From the sequence record NC_006883.2: a stretch of DNA of 64,000 bases; one strand, given 5' to 3'. Below, in pieces: positions 29,028 to 38,082 of this stretch (its first letter is position 1; every line of letters begins with the position of its first letter). The notes under the pieces are model-generated. The model did not search any database. It was not told where the DNA came from and saw only the letters and a list, made by a program, of their open reading frames with translations. A program made the translations under genes and the position numbers.

Positions 29028-30396
29028 AACCACCATTCTCAGGAATCTGGTATTCAATGAAGATTTTTCTCGCAAAGTTATTCCGTTCATAGAACCAGAT
29101 TATTTTGAAGAAAGAAAGGAAAAAATAATATTTGAGGAAGTAACTAAGTTTATTGTTAAGTATGGATCTGCTATAACGGTAGAGGCACTTAATATTGAGA
29201 TAGAAAATAGAACAGACTTGAATGAGTCTGAGATAAAAGAAACTAGAGATATTTCAAATACTTTACATGATTCTGCTGTAGAACCACAGTGGTTGCTAGA
29301 TACTACTGAAAAGTGGTGTAGAGATAGAGCAATCTATCTTGCACTTATGGAGTCAATTCATATTGCTGATGGTGAGGATGAACAGAAGAATAGAGATGCT
29401 ATTCCTTCTATCCTATCAGATGCTTTAGCAGTATCTTTTGATAGTCATATAGGACACGATTATTTAAATGATTATGAGGAAAGATACGAATCGTACCACA
29501 GGAAAGAAGACAAGATTCCGTTCGACCTCGAATACTTTGACAAGATTACGAAAGGAGGTCTCCCGAATAAAACTCTCAACATTGCTCTTGCTGGCACAGG
29601 GGTTGGAAAGAGTTTATTTATGTGCCATATGGCTAGCAGTGTCCTCCTCCAAGGGAAAAACGTCCTCTACATCACTCTCGAAATGGCAGAGGAAAAGATT
29701 GCGGAGAGGATCGATGCTAATCTACTTAATGTCAATATACAGAACATAACAGATCTTCCTAAACCTATGTTTGAAAATAAGGTTAGTAGCCTTACTAAGA
29801 AGACACAGGGATCTTTAATCATCAAGGAGTATCCAACTGCTTCTGCCCACTCAGGTCATTTCAAATCATTGCTACAAGAGTTAGCGTTGAAGAAATCATT
29901 TAGACCTGATATAATATTCATAGACTACCTTAACATCTGTGCTAGTTCACGATATCGTCAAAACGCCTCTGTCAATTCCTACTCGTTCATCAAAGCGATT
30001 GCGGAAGAACTCAGGGGTCTCGCAGTTGAGGCGAACCTTCCGATTGTATCTGCCACTCAAACTACTCGTAGCGGTTTTGCTAGTAGCGATGTGGACCTTA
30101 CTGACACCTCTGAATCTTTTGGACTCCCTGCTACTGCTGACCTTATGTTTGCCCTTATTTCTACAGAAGAGTTGGAGGGGTTAAATCAAATAATGGTAAA
30201 GCAATTGAAGAATAGGTATAATGATCCTACAATCTTTAAAAGATTTATTGTAGGTATTGATAGAGCTAAAATGAGGTTGTATGATGTTGAACAAAAAGCA
30301 CAAGAGGATATTCTTGATAGTGGAAAAGAGGAAGAATATGATCCACATGAAGAAAAGAAACCTAAAAAATCATTTGCAGGATTTAAGTTTAATTGA
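29014..30396 (+). CDS. gp41: replicative helicase gp41
   Basis: AGTGVGKS, TLEM, IDYL, SATQTTR, QLKNRY. Confidence 0.95.
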   Translation: MERIETTILRNLVFNEDFSRKVIPFIEPDYFEERKEKIIFEEVTKFIVKYGSAITVEALNIEIENRTDLNESEIKETRDISNTLHDSAVEPQWLLDTTEKWCRDRAIYLALMESIHIADGEDEQKNRDAIPSILSDALAVSFDSHIGHDYLNDYEERYESYHRKEDKIPFDLEYFDKITKGGLPNKTLNIALAGTGVGKSLFMCHMASSVLLQGKNVLYITLEMAEEKIAERIDANLLNVNIQNITDLPKPMFENKVSSLTKKTQGSLIIKEYPTASAHSGHFKSLLQELALKKSFRPDIIFIDYLNICASSRYRQNASVNSYSFIKAIAEELRGLAVEANLPIVSATQTTRSGFASSDVDLTDTSESFGLPATADLMFALISTEELEGLNQIMVKQLKNRYNDPTIFKRFIVGIDRAKMRLYDVEQKAQEDILDSGKEEEYDPHEEKKPKKSFAGFKFN

Positions 30397-31040
30397 TGAA
30401 TATACAAACAATTGATATGGCAGGTCTGGATGTCAGTACCTCAAATGAGACTGATGGATTTGGATTTAAAACATGTCAAGAAGCTGTTTCTATTTTTCAT
30501 CAATTTGCGGATGGAAGAAAATTTGATAATGCCCTAGAGTGGTGCTGTGGTCCTGGATATTATGGATTGGGTATTTGGAAAACAGGATTAGTAAGGACAG
30601 TATCTTTTAATGATATTGCACCTGAATCTAAAGAAGTAATGGGAAGAACATTTGAAGATAATGATATAGATTTTCCTTTCTACTTATCTGATAATTTTGA
30701 TGATATTCCTAAACAAAAATTTGATTTAATTGTTGGTAATCCCCCTCATTTTAATTTTAGTATTCCCTTTGATGATGATCTCAAACCTGATCATCATGAA
30801 GATAGAAAAATGAGAGATTTGGATTGGGAAGTTCATAAGAAATTTTATAGGCAAGTTGGAGAATATTTGAGTGATGATGGTTCTATAATGTTAATGGAAA
30901 ATTGGAAGGGTTCGAGTGTAGAAACTTTTAAATCTATGTGGGAAGAAAATGGACTTCATTTGACAAAATTTTATTCAAGTGAAGATAAGGAATCCAGGAA
31001 TTATTATATTGAAGTAAGAAAGAATTGTGCTATAATATAA
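30393..31040 (+). CDS. class I SAM-dependent methyltransferase (NPPx type)
   Basis: LEWCCGPG motif I; DLIVGNPPHF motif IV. Confidence 0.8.
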   Translation: MMNIQTIDMAGLDVSTSNETDGFGFKTCQEAVSIFHQFADGRKFDNALEWCCGPGYYGLGIWKTGLVRTVSFNDIAPESKEVMGRTFEDNDIDFPFYLSDNFDDIPKQKFDLIVGNPPHFNFSIPFDDDLKPDHHEDRKMRDLDWEVHKKFYRQVGEYLSDDGSIMLMENWKGSSVETFKSMWEENGLHLTKFYSSEDKESRNYYIEVRKNCAII

Positions 31041-31056
31041 GAAAGAAAATAAATTA

Positions 31057-31473
31057 ATGAGTAAACAAGTAGATACCCAGAAGTATACTGAGTTTGTAGA
31101 CGCAGTTACATCTCAAGAATCAAAGGATTATATTGCATTTAATTCTAGATGTTTTGAGATACAGAAAGACCCTGATGCGATACCTGTTCATCGTTTATTA
31201 ACTGCTGCTCTTGGTATTTGTGCTGAAGGTGGTGAGTTTACTGAAGTAGTAAAGAAGATGGTGTTTCAAGGCAAACCCGTAAATGATGAGAACATCTTTC
31301 ATATGAAAAGAGAACTTGGAGATATTATGTGGTATGTTGCTCAGGCATGTATGGCACTTGATACTGACTTCAATGAGATTATTGAAATGAATGTGGAGAA
31401 GTTAAAAGCAAGATATCCTGGTGGAGAGTTTGATGTTCACTACTCAGAAAATAGAAAGGAAGGTGATGTATAG
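31057..31473 (+). CDS. mazG: MazG-like nucleotide pyrophosphohydrolase
   Basis: EGGEFTE..KK, ELGDIMWY, NVEKL..RYP. Confidence 0.9.
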   Translation: MSKQVDTQKYTEFVDAVTSQESKDYIAFNSRCFEIQKDPDAIPVHRLLTAALGICAEGGEFTEVVKKMVFQGKPVNDENIFHMKRELGDIMWYVAQACMALDTDFNEIIEMNVEKLKARYPGGEFDVHYSENRKEGDV

Positions 31474-31708
31474 TATTAGATTTAATGAAGAGTTAATACA
31501 CGAGTGTCTTCCAAAAGAAGAGTGTGAGATGTTGTTAGATAAGTATAAAGAAAGATATGAAAGTGGAACAGTAGAATGGCCACTTGAATATCAGAAAATG
31601 AAGATTGAAGAATTTTCTGGTAAATTTATTCTCGTTGATGAGAAAGAAGTAAAGAAAGTTCAAAAAGATTATGATGCATCATTAAAGGAGAATAAAGAAC
31701 ATGCATGA
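31466..31708 (+). CDS. hypothetical protein
   Basis: ORF between mazG and purH. Confidence 0.5.
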   Translation: MYSIRFNEELIHECLPKEECEMLLDKYKERYESGTVEWPLEYQKMKIEEFSGKFILVDEKEVKKVQKDYDASLKENKEHA

Positions 31709-32642
31709 TTCATCTAAGTTATTAACTGGATTAAAGTTCAAACAAACTTTAAGATATGGTGAGAATCCGCAGCAACAAGCAACTTGGTGTGTTTACCCAG
31801 ATCACGGTTTATCATCAGCAAACCAATTACAAGGTAAGGAATTAAGTTATAACAATCTTATAGATTTAGATGCAGCAGTATCAACAGTAAAGGAATTTCC
31901 CGATGAACCTGCTGCTGTTGTAATTAAGCATACTAATCCTTGTGGAGTTGCTATAGGAAAGACAATAGATTCTGCCTTAACCAGAGCATTAGATTCTGAT
32001 AGAGTCAGTTGTTTTGGTGGAATTATTGCTCTGAATAGAGAGGTAAATACTGAGTGTGCTAATGAAATTATAGGTGCTTTTTATGAATGTATCGTTGCTC
32101 CATCGTTTAGTGATGAAGCGAAGGAAATACTTGCTTCTAAAAAGAACTTAAGATTACTTGAGTTGGATATTGATAATATTCAATTAAAACCATATAACGT
32201 CAGAAGTATTCTTGGTGGAGTATTGGTTCAAGAAAAGGATAATGATCCAGTTAATATTGATGATTGGAAAGTGGTTAGTGAAAGACAACCATCAGTTCAA
32301 GAAAGAATTGATCTTACTTTTGCTTGGAAGGTATGTCGTCATGTCCGTTCAAATGCAATTTTAGTTGCTAGTGATGGTGCTACGTTAGGAGTTGGTGCAG
32401 GACAAATGAATCGAGTGGGTTCAGCAAAGATTGCACTAACTTCATATACTCAGGTTAGTGGTGCTGCATTAGCTAGTGATGGATTCTTCCCATTTGGGGA
32501 TACTGTAAGATTGGCATATGATTATGGTATTAAAGCACTCATTCAACCAGGTGGAAGTATCAAAGATCAAGAATCTATTGATGCTTGTAATGAACTTGGT
32601 ATGACGATGATATTTACAAACAAACGACATTTCTTACATTAA
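31701..32642 (+). CDS. purH: AICAR transformylase domain of PurH (stand-alone)
   Basis: LRYGENP, LSYNN, IKHTNPCG, SNAI, GQMNRV, ASDGFFPF, RHFLH. Confidence 0.92.
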   Translation: MHDSSKLLTGLKFKQTLRYGENPQQQATWCVYPDHGLSSANQLQGKELSYNNLIDLDAAVSTVKEFPDEPAAVVIKHTNPCGVAIGKTIDSALTRALDSDRVSCFGGIIALNREVNTECANEIIGAFYECIVAPSFSDEAKEILASKKNLRLLELDIDNIQLKPYNVRSILGGVLVQEKDNDPVNIDDWKVVSERQPSVQERIDLTFAWKVCRHVRSNAILVASDGATLGVGAGQMNRVGSAKIALTSYTQVSGAALASDGFFPFGDTVRLAYDYGIKALIQPGGSIKDQESIDACNELGMTMIFTNKRHFLH

Positions 32643-32648
32643 ACAATT

Positions 32649-33239
32649 ATGGCTAATTACGCATTATTAAGTGTATCCAATAAAACTGGTATTGTAGATT
32701 TTGCAAGATCTCTAGTTGATTATGGATATACTATCATTTCTAGTGGTGGAACACATTCTGTAATAGCAGCAGAAGGAATACCTGTAACTAAGGTTTCTGA
32801 TTATACTGGATCACCAGAGATTCTTAATGGAAGAGTGAAGACATTACATCCAAAGATTCATGGTGGTATTCTTGCACAGCGTGGTAATCCTGTACATGAT
32901 ATGGATCGTAATGCAAATGATATTGGATTGATTGATATTGTTGCAGTAAACTTATATCCTTTCGCAGAAACAGTTGCTAAACCAGATGTAACTCTTGCAG
33001 ATGCAATAGAGAATATTGATATTGGTGGTCCTAGTATGGTGAGATCAGCAGCAAAGAATTATAAGGATGTTGCTGTAATGACTAACCCACATCAGTATGG
33101 GATTTATATGGATTCAATAAAAGGTAATCTATCAATTAAACCTGAGACTTTAAGAGAACAATTTATGGTAGAAGCATTCAGACATACTGCTGAATATGAT
33201 ACTACTATTAATAGATGGATGGAAGACCAAGTCCTTTAA
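32649..33239 (+). CDS. purH: IMP cyclohydrolase (MGS-like) domain of PurH (stand-alone)
   Basis: ALLSVSNKTG, GRVKTLHP, VNLYPF, IDIGGP, AAKN. Confidence 0.92.
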   Translation: MANYALLSVSNKTGIVDFARSLVDYGYTIISSGGTHSVIAAEGIPVTKVSDYTGSPEILNGRVKTLHPKIHGGILAQRGNPVHDMDRNANDIGLIDIVAVNLYPFAETVAKPDVTLADAIENIDIGGPSMVRSAAKNYKDVAVMTNPHQYGIYMDSIKGNLSIKPETLREQFMVEAFRHTAEYDTTINRWMEDQVL

Positions 33240-33262
33240 ATAAATACTTAAAAAGTATTTAA

Positions 33263-33940
33263 ATGGCAGGGCAACAGGGATTTGCTTATGAAAGTAGAGT
33301 CCACAATAAATTAAAAAGTGGTGGATATGTTCCTGCTGGATTTTCTCCTGCAGGATCTAATCCCAGTGCTCCTGATGCGATGTTTATGTATGGTGGAGGA
33401 ACTCATAAATTAGAAGTTAAATTAAATATGGCAGCAGACTACGGTCAAGGTACTTTAAATTATAGTCAAGGTGTTTGGACTTTAGGTGGTGCTAATACTG
33501 CAGCAGCACAAGAATTAAGAACTTTAATGAGAGCAGTTGGTGTTGAACCTTTTGTAAATCGAGTATGGGGAGTTCAAGGTCCTCCAAATAAAGGAACGGT
33601 AATACCTGCACAATTTACTCAAGCAATGGTGACTGAAGACTATAGAAAGTTTGCTGATAAATTTGTAGCGATACCATCGTCAGCATTACATAGTTATTAT
33701 GCTGCTAAGGGAACATATTATATTCAAGTTGGTGGATATGGACTTTATTATATGGCAGCAAATCCAGCAGGATTAGATGTGCCACAATTTACACCAGGAT
33801 TGAGAGTAAGAATAAGAACAAAAAGAGGTGGTAGTACACCCATATATAATTACAGATTTACTACAGCACTTCAGGTAACTCAAAAACCTGCTAGATCTTC
33901 TGTAGATATAGATCGTAATCTTGATTTCTTGGTTGAATAA
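33263..33940 (+). CDS. hypothetical protein, possible PD-(D/E)xK nuclease
   Basis: PDAMF...LEVKL spacing; preceded by ATAAATA. Confidence 0.5.
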   Translation: MAGQQGFAYESRVHNKLKSGGYVPAGFSPAGSNPSAPDAMFMYGGGTHKLEVKLNMAADYGQGTLNYSQGVWTLGGANTAAAQELRTLMRAVGVEPFVNRVWGVQGPPNKGTVIPAQFTQAMVTEDYRKFADKFVAIPSSALHSYYAAKGTYYIQVGGYGLYYMAANPAGLDVPQFTPGLRVRIRTKRGGSTPIYNYRFTTALQVTQKPARSSVDIDRNLDFLVE

Positions 33941-34143
33941 TGAATAATTTGATAGATCAACTCATTATTGAGTTTAAAAAATTGAAAGGAGTTAAAGGTA
34001 ATATATTTGAAAATTTTCTATCTTTTGTGCATTTATGCTTAACAGGTAACAAAGATGATAAATATAAGGTAAAGAAGACTCAAATATTAGAATATATTGT
34101 TGCCAATAGGCAATCAATTAAATCGAAATTAATACAAAACTGA
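33940..34143 (+). CDS. hypothetical protein
   Basis: 67 aa ORF coupled to both neighbours. Confidence 0.55.
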   Translation: MNNLIDQLIIEFKKLKGVKGNIFENFLSFVHLCLTGNKDDKYKVKKTQILEYIVANRQSIKSKLIQN

Positions 34144-35417
34144 TGAAATCTTTTTCGCAATTTTTAACTGAAACTACTGCTACTCAACAAGCTGCTCGTC
34201 TAGGATTAGAGGGTGATGGGCATGGTGGGTGGTATGATAGGTCTACTGGAGAGTTTGTTGCAAAAACCGAAAAGGGAAGATTAAAGTTTTATAATAAGAG
34301 ACAAAAGGTAGGTGCTCAAGATCCAGCACAATCCGAGAAAGAAAAGAATTTATCATCACCTAATACTCAGGCTCCACCTGAAGAACAACAACCAGAACAG
34401 GAAGTAGCACCTGAACAAGAGCAACAACCTTTACCTGTTCAGAGTCCTGATCTTGCTGCTGGACCTCCACCAGTTCCTAAAACTAAAGGAACATTAACAC
34501 TTGCATTTGGTAGATTTAATCCACCACACGCAGGTCATCAACAATTAATGGATATTGCTGCTGCTTCTGCTGAAGAACAGGAGAGTGATTACATTATTGT
34601 TCCTTCTCGTAGTAATGATAAAAAGAAAAATCCATTAGACGCTGATACTAAGATTTCTATGATGAGGCAGATGTTCCCTCAACATAGTGAGAGAATTATT
34701 AATGATACTGGTAATAGAACTATCTTCGATGTTTTAAAGAAAGCTCATAATGATGGGTATGCAAATGTAAGAATAGTTGCTGGTGATGATAGAGTAAAGG
34801 AATTTGATAAACTATCTCAAAATTATAATGGTACTTTATATGATTTTGAAGGATTAGAAGTTATATCTTCTGGGGAAAGAGATCCTGATTCTGATGGTGT
34901 AGAAGGTTTATCTTCATCAAGGATGAGATTGGCGGCAATGGAAGGTGATTTTAAAACTTTCCGTTCTGGTCTTCCTGAAGATGTTCCTAGAAAACAAGCA
35001 ATGACTTTGTTTGATACTGTTCGTCAGGGAATGGGTGTTGATGAAGTTAAAGAGTGTTGGAACATATGGGAAATAGCACCTAAAGATGATCCAGAAAACT
35101 TACGTGAAGCATACATTAAAAAAGAAGTTTTTGATATAGGAACTAAAGTTGAAAATGTAAATACTGGTTTAATTGGTAGAATTATTCGTAGAGGTGCGAA
35201 TCATTTGATCTGTGTAACAGAAGATAATATAATGTTTAAATCGTGGATTAAGGATGTAACCGAAGCAGTAGTAAACGGAACTACTATATCTGGTGTTTCT
35301 TCAGATAATAGACTAGTTGGTACAGATAAACATCTTAAGTATGTTGCCTCTATGGTTCCTGGAGCTACATGGGGAATAAGTTTCATAAATAAATACAAGG
35401 TAAGAAAAAAGTCGTAG
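34143..35417 (+). CDS. cytidyltransferase-like nucleotidyltransferase with N-terminal extension
   Basis: FGRFNPPHAGH (HxGH), VAGDDR, SSSRMR. Confidence 0.85.
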   Translation: MKSFSQFLTETTATQQAARLGLEGDGHGGWYDRSTGEFVAKTEKGRLKFYNKRQKVGAQDPAQSEKEKNLSSPNTQAPPEEQQPEQEVAPEQEQQPLPVQSPDLAAGPPPVPKTKGTLTLAFGRFNPPHAGHQQLMDIAAASAEEQESDYIIVPSRSNDKKKNPLDADTKISMMRQMFPQHSERIINDTGNRTIFDVLKKAHNDGYANVRIVAGDDRVKEFDKLSQNYNGTLYDFEGLEVISSGERDPDSDGVEGLSSSRMRLAAMEGDFKTFRSGLPEDVPRKQAMTLFDTVRQGMGVDEVKECWNIWEIAPKDDPENLREAYIKKEVFDIGTKVENVNTGLIGRIIRRGANHLICVTEDNIMFKSWIKDVTEAVVNGTTISGVSSDNRLVGTDKHLKYVASMVPGATWGISFINKYKVRKKS

Positions 35418-35429
35418 TGAAGTTTTCCA

Positions 35430-36785
35430 ATGAGTAAAAATATCGTTGAAGAATTACCAGCAAGAAAACATGCACCTGCTGCAGCACCTGAGGCTAAGAA
35501 AGAGGGTGGTAAACCAGAGGCAAAGAAAGGTGGTGGTTCTGTAGAGGAAGGTTCTGAGAAGAAAATTCGTCAGGCTGTATATGACATAAGATATCGTGCT
35601 CGGAGAGAAGATATTGATCTGAAGGCTGCTTACGCTCAATATATGTCTAATAGTAGTTTAAGTCAGGCAGAAAGAACTGCTGTTAGAGCTAAGTTATTTG
35701 GTAAAGAAGGTGGTGGTGTGAAGGAGCAAGCAATGCTTAATGTTGATGAGATTGCATCTGATAATCTAGCAAATGCATTATTTAAAGTGTTCGTTGAAAA
35801 AGAAGAAAATAAAGAAATAGAACTTGCATATCTTCAGCAATTAGAAGAGCAAGAAGGTGGTAAGTATAAGATAAGAGTTAAAGATAAGAACGGTAAATCA
35901 TATGTAAGGTATGCTGACCGTGCTAAGATCACACAACTTCGTTCTAATCCAAATATTCAATCGGTTGAAATGACTGATCATGGCGAACCTTATGAAGGTG
36001 AGCGTAAGAAGGGATCCGATACTGCTAAGGCAAAAGGTGGTGGTAAGTTAGATCCTGTTGGTAAGGAAGATGCTGATGTGGATAATGATGGTGATGTTGA
36101 TAAGAGTGATAAGTATTTACTAAAACGTCGTAAGGCAATTGGTAAGGCTATTAAGACAAGAGCAGAAGCATTTATCGCTGATGGAACTATTTCTACCGAA
36201 CCTAAAGGTAAAAAGGTAGGTGAAGGTGCTGTTGACAATTATAAGTCTGGTGCTGTAAAGGTTGCTCCAGAAGATAAGTCTGAAGAGAGTTCTAAGAATG
36301 CTGCTAGAGGTGGCATCTATGCTTCATTCGCACATCAGAGAATGCTTAAGAATCTTGCAGAGAAAAGAGCATTAGAAGAAAAGAAAGCAGAAGAAGTTGA
36401 AGAGTCAACTATTAATACTGCTGACTGTGAAAAGAAACCTGAAGAGAAAGAGAAAGATATGCGTGGAACTTACGCAAAGATCAATCTCATAAGAAACAAA
36501 CTACGTTCTATGGGTCAGAAAGATCCTATAGTTATGCTTTCTGCTCTTGATGGTGATGAGGATGACAACGCTGATAAGGTAAAAGAAGAGAGAACTGCTG
36601 CTGATCCTGGAGCACCTGCCAGAATGGGTAGAGGTGTTCCTACTCCAAAAAAACAAGGACCAAAAACAGAAGAGCAAGCACCAGAAACAACAAAAGGTCA
36701 AGGACCAAAAACAGAAAAACCAAGATATAATCCTTTTAAAGATGGTAGAACACCAACCAGTGCTTCACAAACAACTGGTCCATAA
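35430..36785 (+). CDS. charged hypothetical protein with EF-hand-like loop (probable virion protein)
   Basis: DVDNDGDVDKSD loop; late-type ATAAATA upstream. Confidence 0.65.
   Translation: MSKNIVEELPARKHAPAAAPEAKKEGGKPEAKKGGGSVEEGSEKKIRQAVYDIRYRARREDIDLKAAYAQYMSNSSLSQAERTAVRAKLFGKEGGGVKEQAMLNVDEIASDNLANALFKVFVEKEENKEIELAYLQQLEEQEGGKYKIRVKDKNGKSYVRYADRAKITQLRSNPNIQSVEMTDHGEPYEGERKKGSDTAKAKGGGKLDPVGKEDADVDNDGDVDKSDKYLLKRRKAIGKAIKTRAEAFIADGTISTEPKGKKVGEGAVDNYKSGAVKVAPEDKSEESSKNAARGGIYASFAHQRMLKNLAEKRALEEKKAEEVEESTINTADCEKKPEEKEKDMRGTYAKINLIRNKLRSMGQKDPIVMLSALDGDEDDNADKVKEERTAADPGAPARMGRGVPTPKKQGPKTEEQAPETTKGQGPKTEKPRYNPFKDGRTPTSASQTTGP
36654..36716 (+). repeat. 18 bp direct repeat (QGPKTE twice)
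   Basis: CAAGGACCAAAAACAGAA at 36654 and 36699. Confidence 0.7.
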
Positions 36786-36794
36786 TGTGCTATA

Positions 36795-37037
36795 ATGAGT
36801 GAAGTTATTATTACACCTGATTATGACGGTCTATATGATGACTGGTTCGACCCCCCTATGGAGATTAAAATGAAAATGAATGAAGACATCGTGATTAACA
36901 CGACTGAAGGATTAGAAGTGGTTAATGTCCCACAATCTTTACATGAGATAGCATACGATTTTGCTACAAAAGGTATTACAACCACTATTAATACTACTGG
37001 TGGTTCAGAAGTTTTTAACGTCCCAGATGATGCTTGA
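36795..37037 (+). CDS. hypothetical protein
   Basis: 80 aa ORF. Confidence 0.55.
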   Translation: MSEVIITPDYDGLYDDWFDPPMEIKMKMNEDIVINTTEGLEVVNVPQSLHEIAYDFATKGITTTINTTGGSEVFNVPDDA

Positions 37038-37248
37038 AGAGAATAAATTTTCGGATTTTTATCATAAGGCAAGAAAAAAAGTCTTAGATAAAAAGAAAAA
37101 GAAGGAAGAAAAGAAACCTGAAAAGGCACAAGATGCTGGTGCTAGAGCACGAAGGGTATTAAAACGCAAAGAACACGCTAAGTATGTGTCTGGATCGACA
37201 GAAAACGTTCCAGATGATATACGAGACCATAAAGAATTTTATAAATAA
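37027..37248 (+). CDS. basic hypothetical protein
   Basis: Lys-rich ORF; in-frame ATG at 37027. Confidence 0.55.
   Translation: MMLEENKFSDFYHKARKKVLDKKKKKEEKKPEKAQDAGARARRVLKRKEHAKYVSGSTENVPDDIRDHKEFYK
37240..37247 (+). promoter_or_regulatory. T4-type late promoter
   Basis: TATAAATA 22 nt upstream of the aaRS-like gene. Confidence 0.65.
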
Positions 37249-37269
37249 ATTCAGTTTTGCGAAGAATTA

Positions 37270-38073
37270 ATGACAAGCCTGATTGATCCGAAAAAATATA
37301 CCAAAACACTTGACCTATTAAGGTCATTTTTTTTGTCTAAAGGTTTTTATGAAGTCCATACTCAGAACCGTTTAAGTATCCTTGCTGCATGTGAAGATCC
37401 AGAAACAGTAGCAACCTATAATTATGGTGATAATGTTTGGCCATTACCTCAAACTGGACAGATGTGGTTAGAGTATGAATTACTCAAAAACCCAGAAGCA
37501 GCAGGATTCTTCTGTTTATCTACATCCTATAGAGCAGAACCTAATCCAGTACCAGGTAGGCATGAAACTATCTTCCCTATGTTTGAGTTTGAAATGCACG
37601 GTGGTGTAGAAGAACTTGAAAAGATGGAAGTTGAATTGTGCGAACATCTTGGGATACCCTTAGATCAAGAGAATATCCTTTCTTATGATGATTGGGGTAA
37701 TATGTTTAATGCAAAAGAACTTGAGCATGAACATGAAGAGAAGATTGGTCGTGGTATGATTACTAAGTTCCCTGAGTGGACATCACCATTTTGGAATATG
37801 GCAAGATACGATGATGGTGTAACCAGTAAGAAGATTGATGTTATATTAAATGGTATGGAAACTATTGGTAGTGCAGAACGCAGCACTGATAAGAAACAGA
37901 TGCGTGATACATTCCATACTATTTCTGATGGTGAATATGCTAATTTACTTTACAAATTATTTGGTAAGGAAAGAGTAGAAGCAGAACTTGAAGAGTTTCT
38001 TGACTTTGACTTCTTTCCTAGAAGTGGAGGAGGAATCGGTGTAACACGTATCATGCAAGCAATCCCTGATTAG
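37270..38073 (+). CDS. class II aaRS catalytic-domain protein (AsnRS/AS-AR-like, no anticodon-binding domain)
   Basis: Motif 1 FFLSKGFYEVHT, motif 2 SYRAE..GRHETIFPMFEFE, motif 3 SGGGIGVTR; only 267 aa. Confidence 0.85.
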   Translation: MTSLIDPKKYTKTLDLLRSFFLSKGFYEVHTQNRLSILAACEDPETVATYNYGDNVWPLPQTGQMWLEYELLKNPEAAGFFCLSTSYRAEPNPVPGRHETIFPMFEFEMHGGVEELEKMEVELCEHLGIPLDQENILSYDDWGNMFNAKELEHEHEEKIGRGMITKFPEWTSPFWNMARYDDGVTSKKIDVILNGMETIGSAERSTDKKQMRDTFHTISDGEYANLLYKLFGKERVEAELEEFLDFDFFPRSGGGIGVTRIMQAIPD

Positions 38074-38082
38074 GGATTCCTT

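Noticed and set aside
31701-33239. Split purH as a sequencing frameshift or pseudogene
   Set aside because: The domain order is reversed and both halves have intact motifs and their own starts
37270-38073. Pseudogene of a full-length AsnRS
   Set aside because: It has its own late promoter and start, no upstream OB-fold remnant, and intact motifs 1-3
38059-38079. Hairpin AATCCCT-gatt-AGGGATT as a terminator
   Set aside because: The following T-tract is short and offset and the hairpin abuts the tRNA 5' end, so a processing or leader structure is more plausible; not enough evidence to call
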